From Elsinoe ampelina (lineage: Eukaryota), in NCBI GenBank assembly GCA_010093995.1, contig ML992501.1, positions 2,049,320-2,113,319 of the forward strand: a stretch of DNA of 64,000 nucleotides. Direction: 5' to 3'. The position numbers were made by a program, and so were the translations under genes. The notes beneath the pieces were generated by a model. It did not search any database, was not told the origin of the DNA, and saw only the letters and a list, made by a program, of their open reading frames with translations. Below, piece after piece: positions 11,345-22,815 of this stretch (positions are counted from its first letter, which is position 1; each line of letters begins with the position of its first letter).

Positions 11345-12418
11345 CTACTTTGGTGGAGTATCCGAGGTTGTCACCCCCTTGTCGCCGTCCACTGTGACAT
11401 AGTCGTCCTGGTAATCTCTCGAATCGTAACCCTGAGCTGTACTGATGACGACTCCCTGCGCGACCGTAAAGCTCCTAGCACCGGCACCAGGATTGTCCTT
11501 TTTGGCCTGTTCTTGAGCCGCGGCGTCCTTCTTCGCAGCTTCCTCGTTGGCCTTGGCACCCTCGGCATTCATGGCATCTTGCTGCTTCTGCATCTCTTCT
11601 AGCTGTTTCTCAGCCTCGGTCTTTTCTGGGGCAGGAGGTGCCGCGCCGTCCTTTGGAGGCTCATCCTTTGGAGGATCCTCACGACGAACCCGGCGGAACC
11701 GGGCGGGGACTTGTGAATCTTGCTTCTGGTTTGCCAGGTCTTGCTGTTTCTTCTGGATTTCCGCCACCGCATCAGGATTATCTTTATGACGCTGCATCTC
11801 TGCCTGAAGGTCGACCTGGGCCTCCTGGAAACCATCGCCGCGCTTCTTGAAAGGTATAGACCGAGTGTTCAACATTGAGTCTTGCTTTTGACTGGCGAGG
11901 TCTTGCTGTTTCAATTGTATTTCCTTTACAGCTTCCGGATTATCCTTGTTGCGCTCCATCTCGGCCTGGAGATCGACTTGAGCCTGTTTGAAACCATCGT
12001 CACGTTTCATGGACCGAAGAGATCGGGTGCTTAACATTGAGTCTTGCTTTTGATTGGCGAGGTCTTGTTGCTTGAGCTGAATCTCTTTGACAGCCTCTGG
12101 GTTGTCCTTGTTGCGCTCCATCTCGGCCTGAAGATCGAGTTGAGCTTCTTTGAAACCATCGTCACGCTTCCATGCTGGCTTTGTGATAGATCTAGTGACC
12201 AAAGAAGCCTGTTGTTCACTCTGCAGATCGAGCTGCTTCTGTTGGATATCTTTCACAGCATCCGCATTGTCCTTGTGCTTCTGCATGTCCGCTTGTAAAT
12301 CGAGCTGCGCATCCTTGAAGCCGTCACTCCGCGATCGTAGAGGATTGGTGTGCGTGTGGGCGCTGACTGCAGCGACCGAGAGGGCCAAACAGATGGCCGA
12401 AGAGGTGGAGAACTTCAT
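11345..12418 (-). CDS. Secreted Kex2-processed repeat protein (four ~54-aa repeats)
   Basis: Signal peptide MKFSTSSAICLALSVAAVSA; four DGFxxAQxDLQAxM...KDNxxAVxxIQxKQxDL units separated by KR and followed by RRVRR. Confidence 0.85.
   Translation of the reverse strand: MKFSTSSAICLALSVAAVSAHTHTNPLRSRSDGFKDAQLDLQADMQKHKDNADAVKDIQQKQLDLQSEQQASLVTRSITKPAWKRDDGFKEAQLDLQAEMERNKDNPEAVKEIQLKQQDLANQKQDSMLSTRSLRSMKRDDGFKQAQVDLQAEMERNKDNPEAVKEIQLKQQDLASQKQDSMLNTRSIPFKKRGDGFQEAQVDLQAEMQRHKDNPDAVAEIQKKQQDLANQKQDSQVPARFRRVRREDPPKDEPPKDGAAPPAPEKTEAEKQLEEMQKQQDAMNAEGAKANEEAAKKDAAAQEQAKKDNPGAGARSFTVAQGVVISTAQGYDSRDYQDDYVTVDGDKGVTTSDTPPK
11690..12330 (-). repeat. Coding tandem repeat, four units of about 162 bp
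   Basis: aaaccatc recurs at 11829, 11991 and 12153 (162-bp spacing), with a diverged copy near 12318. Confidence 0.9.
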
Positions 12419-13343
12419 GTTGTAAAAGGGTCTGTTGTACGGAGACGCGGCTAGCACAGCTATCCGGACGACTCAGTTCAGTTGGCTTGGCTTAGAACGA
12501 CACAGTACTAGAAAGTATAGAGTGTTCTTGTGTTTACAAGACCAGGCTGACCGGATGATTTATGGCCAGCAACATTTTCCCCAGAGTCTGCTTGAAATCC
12601 GCAGAAGTGGTAACGTAGCTATCCCAAGTTTCTCCATTGAATGGATGCACAGTCAGATGGTCCTTCACAGGAATACTGCTATCCTACAGGCATGATTTGG
12701 CCGGACTTGGCCATTTTACAAAGCTGCAATTCTGTGGGAATAGACTTGAAACGGGACAGAACCCGTGGTCTTCTGGAAAGCGTTTGGTGTTAGTAGGATG
12801 GAGGATTGGTGAGATCAGGTCAGCCAAGGAATAGGCCACTTGACAGTGTTTGACCATGAACAGACGAGGCTGGCCAATCTCCGAACCCGATTTCAGCCTT
12901 ACCAAGGATTGCGGGCCATCCTACATAGGACAAACAATGCCACATCATCTCCAACTTGACTCCAACTATCTTCAGCGATGGACTGATTGATCCTGAACGT
13001 CGGCCCTTTCAAGGCGCCTGTCTGGGTCTGTCTCAGTGGCCGGCCTCCATCTGGTCTCACTGGACGTCGTTATGGGACCGAGCTCCTCTCTCAGGCGGCG
13101 TCGTGACATGTGGTCAGTCCTTCCGAACATTCCACGAGATGTCCCACGTTACGCCAAACGTCGACGGTCTGAGACCATCATCACGACCGCATATAAGGGA
13201 TGCGTGGAATCGCTCCAAGCATCAAATCATCAAACCAATCCAATCCACTTCACTAGCAAAGCTTCCTACTTTCAGCCTTCACCACAAATCACTTCCAATC
13301 AACAACACTCAGCTTCCATTCCCAAGCAAAACCTACAATCAAA

Positions 13344-14126
13344 ATGAAGGTCACACTCGTTGCCGCTCTCATCGCCTCCATGGCTCTTTCTGTCGCCGCT
13401 GGTGGATCCAGTGGTGGCATTGAGGCTGCCCCCAGCGGCGACGGTGGCGCTGGCGGTGAAGGTGGCGAGGGCGGTGGTGCTGCCGGTGGCGATCAAAAGC
13501 AAGGCGACACCGGCAAGGGTGGCAACATCTCCACCCAGCAGGATGGCGGCAACAGCAAGGGTGGCGATGGTGGCGATGCCAGCATTAACGGAGACATCGA
13601 CCTTAACAAGGGAGCCAGCATGAACGTCGGTGATGGCTCTTACGACGACAGCATCAACATTGGTGGTAACGCCAACGGAGGAGCCAACGGCGGCAACACC
13701 AACGTCGGCGAGACCAAGGGTGAGGCCAACGGTGGCAGCAACGACGCCAAGTCCGAGGGTGGTGTCGGTGGTGACGGCGCTGAGGGCGGCTCTGGTGGCA
13801 AGACTGGCATGGAGACCGTCTCGTCCGGCACTGGCGCCGGGGGTGGCAGCACCGCTAGCTTGAACCCCTCTCTCTACAGGCGTCGCTCTATCCTGCCCAC
13901 CCATCTCTACGTCCGCGCCACTGTGCCCGAGTCCGAGGCTCTCGATTATCTCAAGAGCGGCAAGCCAGTCCCAGAGGAGTACAAGGCCGACCTCGAGGCG
14001 CAGGGCTGGTCGAAGCCCGCCGTGAAGAAGCGATCCGCCACCGTCACCCCCGCCATTGCCGAGGCGTTGAAGGAGCAGGGCTGGACCCAGGGCAACAAGA
14101 AGAGGTCCGTCCCTTACCAGGGATAA
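13344..14126 (+). CDS. Secreted glycine-rich protein with C-terminal dibasic sites
   Basis: Signal peptide MKVTLVAALIASMALSVAA; long Gly/Asn/Asp-rich tract; RRR and two QGW....KKRS units; strongly biased codon use. Confidence 0.85.
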   Translation: MKVTLVAALIASMALSVAAGGSSGGIEAAPSGDGGAGGEGGEGGGAAGGDQKQGDTGKGGNISTQQDGGNSKGGDGGDASINGDIDLNKGASMNVGDGSYDDSINIGGNANGGANGGNTNVGETKGEANGGSNDAKSEGGVGGDGAEGGSGGKTGMETVSSGTGAGGGSTASLNPSLYRRRSILPTHLYVRATVPESEALDYLKSGKPVPEEYKADLEAQGWSKPAVKKRSATVTPAIAEALKEQGWTQGNKKRSVPYQG

Positions 14127-14441
14127 GCCATCAGCCATTGAGCAGCGAGAGTAGCAAGAGGTGTCCACTTCCGGGCAATTACGGTCCTTTCCCACAAATG
14201 GCACGGTCCATTTACTTTGATAGCTTAGCCAGCATTGATAGCTCTCTGCCGCAGCAGGCAGAGATGAAGATTAGGTAGCACGATGAGCTTTGAATTGAGA
14301 TGGGCGAAAGCAGGGCTTTCCCCACATTGATCATCTGACGTCGCTCCCTCGACTGGTGGTGGTGATCTGACCTTGACAACCTTGCCGCCTTCCCTTCTCT
14401 TCTCCTCTCTCCTCTTCACAACCCCCCTCCTCAACCCAATC

Positions 14442-15081
14442 ATGCCTCAACTCCCCCCCGACACCGACGACGAAACCACCGATCCCCGCTCCCACCTCTC
14501 CGACTTCGCAGCCGACGCCCGCCGCCGCGCCTCCAGCTTCTGGGACAGCTTCTCCAACTTTGCCCTGCGCGACAACGTCCTCGAAGTCGCCGTCGGTCTC
14601 ATGTTCGTGACTCTTCTCCTCTGTCCCCCTTCCCCTCCCTCTCGTCCTGGACTAATCCCCACCTTCCCCTCCCAGATTCGCAACCTCCTTCACAACCCTC
14701 ACCACCTCCTTCGTCTCGGACATCCTCCTCCCCCTCCTCTCCCTCCTCCCCTTCATCTCCCACTCCCTCCCGGACGTCTTCCTCGTCCTCCGCCGCGGGG
14801 TCCTCTACTCGCAACACAAAATCCCGCGCTACAACACCGTGGAACAAGGCCTCGATGACGGGGCGGTGCTCTGGGCGTACGGACGCTTCCTCGACGCCGT
14901 GTTGAGGTTTGTCCTCGTGGCGTTGAGTTTGTTCCTCATCGCAAAGGCGTATGAGTGGGTGAGCAAGGACAAGGTGGTCAAGAGGCAGGTCAAGTGTAGG
15001 TATTGTAGGAAGTATATCAGTGAGAAGGCGAGGAGGTGTGTGAATTGCACGAGTTGGTTGGATGGGAGGGAGGATAAGTGA
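14442..15081 (+). CDS. mscL: Fungal MscL-like large-conductance mechanosensitive channel
   Basis: FALRDNVLEVAVGLI/FATSFT across intron 14603-14675; YGRFLDAVLRFVLV; C-terminal CxxC...CxxC. Confidence 0.88.
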
Positions 15082-15325
15082 TGATGGGTAGAGGGGAGGG
15101 GAGGGGAGGGGAGGGGGATGGTTGGCGAGATACCCAGATATGAATGATGAACCTGTTACAAAAGCAAGATCGCGGAACAGGGTGCGGCGAATGGGGGAGA
15201 TGGTCGAGGAAGAGTGCTAGTGCTTTGAGGATGCATACTGTCTATTCCACTCTTCATACTGTTATACTCGAGACATGCCCTCACAATCTGCTACTCATCC
15301 CCAGCGACTCAGGCACGTCCCACCT

Positions 15326-15790
15326 CTAGTAAGCCACCATCTCATTCAAACCATCCATCTCGCGATCAAAGTTCTTGTGCTGACTGATGGCAAAGAAGAA
15401 CTGCTCGACAAAGCTCTCGCCACCCTTCACAATCTGCGCCGGCTCCTTGAACGCGCTCTCCTCCGCCTTGGTAGCGGTAACAACACCATAGCTGTTCACC
15501 ACGTCCGCGCTCTGACTGAATTGCACGCCCGGGAGCTGGGCCGCGTCCTGCACCAGCTTGACGGCCTCGCCTGTAGCGCCAATGGCCTTGAGATGACCAA
15601 ATGCCTCCCGAACATAATGTAGCGCGCGGCCATTCTTGCGCAGGGTGGCGACACTGTCCGCTCCGCCTGGGATGAAGATGGCGTCGTACATGGTGCTACG
15701 CTGGTCCTCGAGGTGATGGTCTGGCTTGACGCCTTTCCCAGATCCTTTTGGCTGCCCAGCAGGAAAGACTTCGCTGTGTCGAGGAGCCAT
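15326..15790 (-). pseudogene. Isolated C-terminal DJ-1/GATase-like domain of a large-subunit catalase (no heme domain)
   Basis: QRSTMYDAIFIPGG, VREAFGHLKAIGATGEAV, SYGVVT and DREMDGLNEMVAY match the end of fungal CatA-type catalases; in-frame TGA TGA just upstream of the ATG. Confidence 0.75.
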
Positions 15791-16218
15791 GGGTCATCAT
15801 TGCACATATGTCCATGGGGCATGTGTAATCTTTACAGCTCACGTGTGCGTGGTGAGAGGCGCCTATCAGGAATGACGTTCAGATGAATGTATCCTCACAG
15901 TCCCGGGAGGCGGCGGTTCGCTGAGTATCCGGACACACAGTGTCGTTGGCCATGCCAGAGCAAGGATTGAGAACAGAAAGGCCAATAAGCATATTCATGA
16001 TTGTACACTCGTCGTCTGGCGATATCCAGTTTCATGATGCTGTGGCAGGAGGGTAAAAATTTCACTCCATGGACTCCCCCTGATATACTACAGTGGGCCC
16101 CACATGTTCAGTCACTGAGGTGCATAAATAGATGCATAGGCTGAGTAGTTCGCATCCTGATTCTGCATTCTTCTGTCGCTGACTGCATTATATATACAAC
16201 AACGGACTCAATCTACAC

Positions 16219-17859
16219 TCAGAGCAAAGCGAACAGCATGCCCAATCCAACCATAGCCACCAGCACGTTGTTACTGCGAGCTCCCATCATGCTCGACGCC
16301 GCACCCTTTACCGTGCCGTTCGCACTGCCATTCACTGGTGCATCATTGCCGATGCCGCCCGGTAAGTTTTGATATCCGAAAGTCAAGTTTTGCGCGATAC
16401 TCTGGTTGTAGCACTGTCCGTTCGCAATGTCCAAGTTGTAGAGATCATCTGCGTTGACAAAGAACATGTATTTGTCCTGCGGGATACCCTCGAAGCCACT
16501 TGTATCGTACGGGAAGCGATTGCCTGAGTCAGTAGCGGAAGTGTTGCGGAGGAAGATGCACTGGACTTGGTCTGGGAAGTCCTTGGCCAATTGTGGGTAA
16601 TCTTTCATGACATCGGAGTTGGTCGTGTCTGCGATGAGGATGAACTTGCGTTGGCGGAATGTCTCGAACACCTTGTTGAGGAGGAAGGCTCGAATGGACA
16701 GGGTCGCTGAGATATCGCTGAAGTTGAGCGGTCGGGTGTCAAAGGAGCCGCCTGGGTAGGTCGCATAGATGAATTGCATGTACTAGATGAGGTTAGGAAG
16801 TCATTCTCAGAATGTCCGCAACTCTCTTACAGTGCGAGTCACCTGCTCGGGTGTGGTGGTCAGGTAGTGGAAATGCAGGTTTGGCACTGTATCGCTCCAT
16901 TTGCGATAGATGTCCGGCATGTTCTCCCATGCCGTGAAAGGCCGAGCGAACGAGTTGAGAAGACCCTCCTTTGGCTCGTAGATCTTCGTGACACGGAGAA
17001 TATCATCGATGTCACTGATGACAGTCAGACCAGTTGGAGGCACCAAGTAAGCGGTCGAGTTTCCGATCGACGCTCCTTCGACGTGGGTGTTGAGCTTCTG
17101 AATAGCATCGGTCTCGTTACCCGCAGTAAGTCCATTGCTCTGAATTGGGATAAAGACATCGAAGTCACCCTGGTCCGTTGTTGGGTATGGAAGGGTCACG
17201 CGTTGGCTGCCTCCAGACGCCGGCGATCCTCCACCACCGGTGTTGTCTCCGCTAGACCCAGCATTGGGCGCAGGTTCAAGTGTAATTCCGCTGACGTTGA
17301 CGTTTCCCTGCTGCAATACGAAAATTGAAGCGGTAACATTCCTTGCCTGATCTTGCTGGTCCTGCGGCAAGCTCTCAATGTCGGTGTCAATGAGGAAAAT
17401 GTTGGCCAGGTCGTTGAGCTTCTCCGTCGACGTGTTTGGCTGCTTGTAGACATTGCCGTGGAATCTTACGTTCCAGCCCTGGTCGGTCCAATTCGCGTAG
17501 GGATCAATGTTGAGCACTTGGGTAGGTAAGGCTCTCACTTGATCATCATCCAGACCCAACGAGCTCTGAACTTTGTCGCCGGTGGGAAAGTCCTGGAAGA
17601 ATTGCGGAATACCAGACGCTACCCACGAAGGCAGATTCGAGCCTAGTTCGGAAAGGACATTGTCGACGCCGCTCTTGATGTCACTGAGAATCTGGCGTCT
17701 CTCGAGCGTCTTTGTAGCCTCGTAAAGGACTGGCGAGGGAGTGATCTTTGGTGCCCGCGCTTCGACCACAGCATTTGCTCTCTGTGTCGGCGCTGGTGAA
17801 GCAGAAGTGAGTGTTGCCGCGACCAACACGGCCGCACTGTACCTGATAGAAGCTTTCAT
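16219..17859 (-). CDS. Secreted App1-family phosphatidate phosphatase-like protein (DUF2183), possibly GPI-anchored
   Basis: Signal peptide; VISDIDDILRVT (DxD-type motif); FHYLTTTPEQ; intron ~16783-16830; FILIADT; hydrophobic C-terminal tail. Confidence 0.85.
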
Positions 17860-18173
17860 GTTTGACGTGGGAAAGCAAGGTCTGGGCGAAAAGTAGTCAA
17901 GCTGGGATAAGCTCGTACATATAGTGGTAGGCATCGCCAGTAATCAAGGATCGACCTGGGCGTTTCCAGGGCGAAACTCCGAAATGACGTCGGCGCGCAG
18001 GTGAAACACTGGATCCACTGTGCCGCAGAGCCGCATGGAGAAGCTTGAACGCGATCCGATGCGATTTACATTCGTCGATTGAGCCAGCAGCCACAACCTC
18101 ATTGATGCCGTGCAACCGGTGCGCCATACACACTAGCCACAGCTGAGCTTGATAGATCAAACTCAGCAGCGAC

Positions 18174-18771
18174 ATGGCTTTGTCGGACCCAATCATCTTT
18201 GACCCGGACAGACACTTCCATCTCATTCCACAAATCACAAGGATACACATCCAAGCAGTACTACAGGATAACGCCGTTGCCACATTTCTGCCTCCTTTCG
18301 ATCTAGACAGTGATGGCATTGATCCCAAAGTGCTCGACTACTGGACAGCCAACGTAGCACAAATCAGAACTGGATCTCGTTTCATTGTCTTCCTACTGGC
18401 TGAAGGAGACGAGGTTGCGGGCTATGTTACAGTATCGTTGGCCTCCGTGCCTACCATTGCCCACCGAGCAGGCGTAGAGAAGCTCTTCGTCAGTCCGAAG
18501 CATCGCAGGAAGGGTATCGCTGCGACTCTGATGCGAGCGATCGAGGTCGAGGCCAGGTCGCGCGGCAAGACAATGCTGGTATGTGTGACTGTTGCCTCTG
18601 CGTTCGAAGTGTGCTGACTGCTTCCAGCTACTAGACGCTATTCGCGGCTTCCCAGCCGAGCATATGTATAGTAAGCTGGGCTACATCACCATTGGCGAAG
18701 TTCCAGATGGCGTCGTCCTCCCAAACACTGGCGAGCTTAGGACCGAGGTATTGATGTACAAGAAGATTTGA
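18174..18771 (+). CDS. GNAT acetyltransferase
   Basis: VEKLFVSPKHRRKGIA acetyl-CoA motif; intron ~18580-18628; second exon AEHMYSKLGY ending MYKKI*. Confidence 0.9.
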
Positions 18772-18798
18772 CGGGTGAAAGCTGAGTATATCGTGTGC

Positions 18799-20123
18799 TC
18801 AAGACGACCTTTCGAACGCCACTTTGCCGTCTCCACCAACACTCGCGTAGCTCGTCCTCGTTGGTCGGACAGGTACCGGCTTTGGCTCCGAAGCCTTCTC
18901 AGCAGCCTCGTCGCTGGCAGTCCGGGCATACTTGGTCTGGAGTACAGCTCCAGCTGGTGCATCAGCTATCTCGTTGACATCCCTGTTGGTCAACGACTCT
19001 GATATGCTGTTTCCTCGAGCCTGCAGAAGGATGTTTGCCGGTCCCTCGAACCGGAGGAATAGCCGGTCGCCGAATATAGATCTCCGCGTCCACGTCCGAA
19101 CTGTAAAGGCAAATGCCGATAGAAATCTCCAGATTTGTGATTCTCTAATCGTTCGAAGGAACCTTGTGTCTGGTAGAAGAGTCGTTGGGTTCGGAATCTG
19201 GAAGCGCAAGCTTGACGACTTGAATCTGTATGGCTGCGGAGCATTCTTCATGATGCTATACGCAACGACATTCCTATCCCGAGTCAGCATCTAAGGAGAG
19301 CGCTTGCTTCGGTCACAGCATACCCAGGATGTACCACATACTCCTCCCCCGAGCGAACCATGACCTGATAGATCTGCCCCTTGCCCGACAGACATATCAA
19401 GCCCCGTCCTGTCACTCTTGTGTTTCCCCAATGTGCAACGCTCATCTTCGTGTTGATCTGCGGCTTCAGTGACAGCGTATGTCCTGTCCATGCTAAAAGC
19501 GCATTTCTCTGTGCAATCATCCAATCTAATCGGCCGTCGAGGTGTACCACTGTAAAGGTCGCGAGCTGTGACTTTGTCGCTATGAGAGCTGTGAAGGGCG
19601 TCGTGGACGTGATCTAGCCAAGTCAGCTTGCTGTGCGTCTGGATTACATGCATTGCGCAGTACTTTTTGATATAGGAAAGGTATCCCGCCCGCGGCTCTT
19701 CGGAACGGTTCTAGCAGAGACAAGGTAGACACAGCCTGCAGATGTTCAGTCATTGCATTCTCTTGGGGATTCTCCTGCTCATACATTCTCTGCCTTGCCA
19801 TTGAAGCCAACTAATGATCCCCTTCTGGTGTATATTGTTTGCGAGGCCGACACTGACGCTGAGAGAAGGGACGAAGGTCCACCAAGGACTTCGAATTGCG
19901 CATCTGGAAGATCTCAGGCTATGCAATCAGCAATTACCTCTTTCAGCATACCTGGAGTATCCTGCGAAGACGAGGGATCTGGTATGTTTATGTTTGCGGA
20001 GCTCGGTGTTGAGGATGCGGGTGTCGAATTGATCTGAATTGTGCGTATTTGTCGCGCAAAGAATTGTCGGGAGACTCCATGCGGCCGCAATGGAGCAGGC
20101 ACTCCGAGTACCCGAGAGCGCAT
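18799..20123 (-). CDS. AIM24: Mitochondrial AIM24 protein (multi-exon)
   Basis: Arg-rich presequence; exons [64 protein letters not shown]. Confidence 0.85.
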
Positions 20124-20325
20124 TACAGGAGAATGTGTGAGAGGTGCGAGGTGGGAAAGTTGGCTGGGAGCTGTGAAGCTCGAAAAAGTTCGGAGGTGAC
20201 GATGGGAAGCCGACATCAGCCGAAGCATGCATAGGGGGAATTCACAGATTGACACGGAGGTGTGCACAAAGTCAATCCCCTGAGGTGAGATTCTCTCTAG
20301 ATGCTCTATATGATTCCCAGATCGT

Positions 20326-22494
20326 CTACGTCTCTTTACTCGATTCCTTCGTCTTGCCGCCATCGTCCTTTTCCTCCTCCAAGAAGAGCATCTCTTGGGC
20401 ACTCCAAAGCTCAGAGTACAAGCCGGCACTGTCCACAAGCTTCTCATGGGTGCCTTGCTCTACCATATGACCATCCTTGAGGACTATGATGACGTCCGAG
20501 TCAAAGATTGTCCGAAGTCTATGTGCGACAAAGACACTGGTTCTTGCCTTTTCCCGCAGAATGCTATTGATATTGACTAGGAGCGCTTGCTCAGTATGCG
20601 TGTCAAGTGCTGAGGTCTGCACTACGTTAGTCGAGACCTTCCGATGATTTGTTCAAGCGTTACTTACGGCTTCGTCAAAGAACAGCAGAGGTGGGTCCTT
20701 CAGTAGTAGTCTCGAGATCGCAAGCCTTTGCTTCTCCCCACCAGAAATCATCATACCTCGCTCGCCCACCTTCGTCTGGTACTTTTCAGGAAAGTTCTGG
20801 ATAATGTCGTGTACCTGTGCACGTTTGGCTGCAGCTTCAAACTCTTGATCTGTGGCTTCGAGATTGCCATACTTGATGTTGTGCTCAATCGTGTCATTGA
20901 ACAGAGGTGTGTCCTGAGGAACCACTCCAATTGCCTTCCGCAAAGTCTCGAGCTGAACATCCCTGATGTCTTGCCCATCAATCAGGATCCGACCTTCCTG
21001 CACATCGTAGGACCGAAAGAGGAGTCGAAGGATGGTCGACTTGCCGCATCCACTAGGTCCGACAATAGCCACCTTCTTGCCGGCTGGAATGGTCAAGTTG
21101 AGATTCTTCAGAATCGGTCGATCTTGTCGATATCCGAAAGTGACATTTTCAAACTTGATTTCGCCGCCAGTCAATGCCAGTGGCTTTGCATTGGGCTTAT
21201 CCTGGATCGTGACATGCACTTTCTGCAGGTTGAACAAGGTCTCCATGTCTAGCAAACTCTGCCTTAGCTCTCGGTAGACCGACCCCAAAAAGTTCAGCGG
21301 TACTGAAAGCTGGAACACCAGTTGGTTGACCATAACAAGATCGCCGACAGTCAGACTACCCTCTGCAACGCCCTGCGCCGCAAAGTACATCATCGCAGTC
21401 AGAGCGCTGGAGAAGATGAGGTTCTGGCCGCTGTTGAGCAAAGACAGTGAAGTGGCGACCTTGATAGACGCAGTCTCATAGTCCTTGAGCGCTTTGTCGT
21501 ACCTTTGGAGTTCATATCGCTCATTGTTGAAGTACTTTACCGCTTCGTAATTGATGAGCGAGTCAACCGCCACAGTAGCGCCTCGATTGTCTGCCGCATT
21601 CGCTTGCTTTCGGAACTTGGTTCTCCATGAAGTCGTCAGGATCGTGAAAGCCGTATAAGCCACCATCGTCGCTGCCGTAACCATGGCGAACTTCAAGCCA
21701 TACTGATAAGTCAAGATGCCACAGACCAATGAGATCTCCAGTGCCGTGGGGATGATATGAAACACCATCGATGTCAACAAGAAGCTGATGCCCTTGGTAC
21801 CCCTATCAATCGCCCTCGTCAATCCGCCCGTCTGCCGCGACAGATGGAATGTCAAATCCAGCTTCATCAAGTGCTCAAACACACTCGCGGCCACCCTTCG
21901 TATTGCTTTCTGCGCCACACTTGCAAATACCGCATTCCTGACCTCCTGGAACACCGCCGCACCAATCCTCGTTGCTCCGTACGCAAAGATCGTAGCCCCT
22001 GCCACCGTCATCGCCGTTCCCCCGACAGCCGCAAAGTCAATGTTCATAGAATCCACAATGCTCTTGAAGTAGAACGGCACCTGCACGTTCAACACCTTCG
22101 CTCCGACGAGCAGCGCCACGGACAGCCCAACCCTGAATCGTGTCCCCAGATCGTCCTTGGGCCAGAGGTACTTCGCCATGTCCCTGATGATGGCCCAGTC
22201 TGCTTTCCGCTGCTCTTTGTTCGATACCGTTTGCTCCGAGAGGAAGGCATCTTGCTTTGCTGGCGTCGCGGGTCTGGGTTTCGTTACTGTCTCTGGCTTT
22301 ACGCCCTCCGGCGCATCCGTCTTCCGTTGGGCTGCTTGAGCAATCGTGCGTGCGCGGGCGTCATCTTTCCTCCATACTGAGCTTGTCGCGAAGACTCGCC
22401 GTACGAGTGTCGATGCGAGTGTGTGTCTAGCTAGACATGCTGATTGGTGTGGTATGTGCTGGCATGTTGCTCGTCCGAGGTGGTGGAGGAGCAT
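20326..22494 (-). CDS. ATM1: Mitochondrial ABC half-transporter Atm1 (Fe-S precursor export)
   Basis: [13 protein letters not shown], Walker [27 protein letters not shown] across an intron near 20618-20668. Confidence 0.96.
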
Positions 22495-22815
22495 CTAGTT
22501 GGTGGGGGTCGGAGGGGTAGCCTGTCACCGGTTCATGGTCTGGCAGAAGACAAATGCTCAGGGACTCGCAGGAATCGGAAGCTGGTATGTACCTTAGAAA
22601 CTAGTGCGCCTAAATTGGGAGCGAGAAGGTTCAAGCTGAGTCCGCGTGAGATTTGTCCATCTTTCTAGCTGATGATGTGATGTTGGAGACAGCCAATCAG
22701 CGCGGGGTGGGTAACTTCCCTCGCACGACCATGACCAAGTCAGGGGCAATAACCAAATCGGACCGATACTTGTTTTGAACTATGTACATTATGTATGAGT
22801 ATCAAAATATCATGT

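Noticed and set aside
11690..12330. Regularly spaced repeats as a CRISPR-like array
   Set aside because: Whole units are similar, in frame and coding; no unique spacers; eukaryotic context
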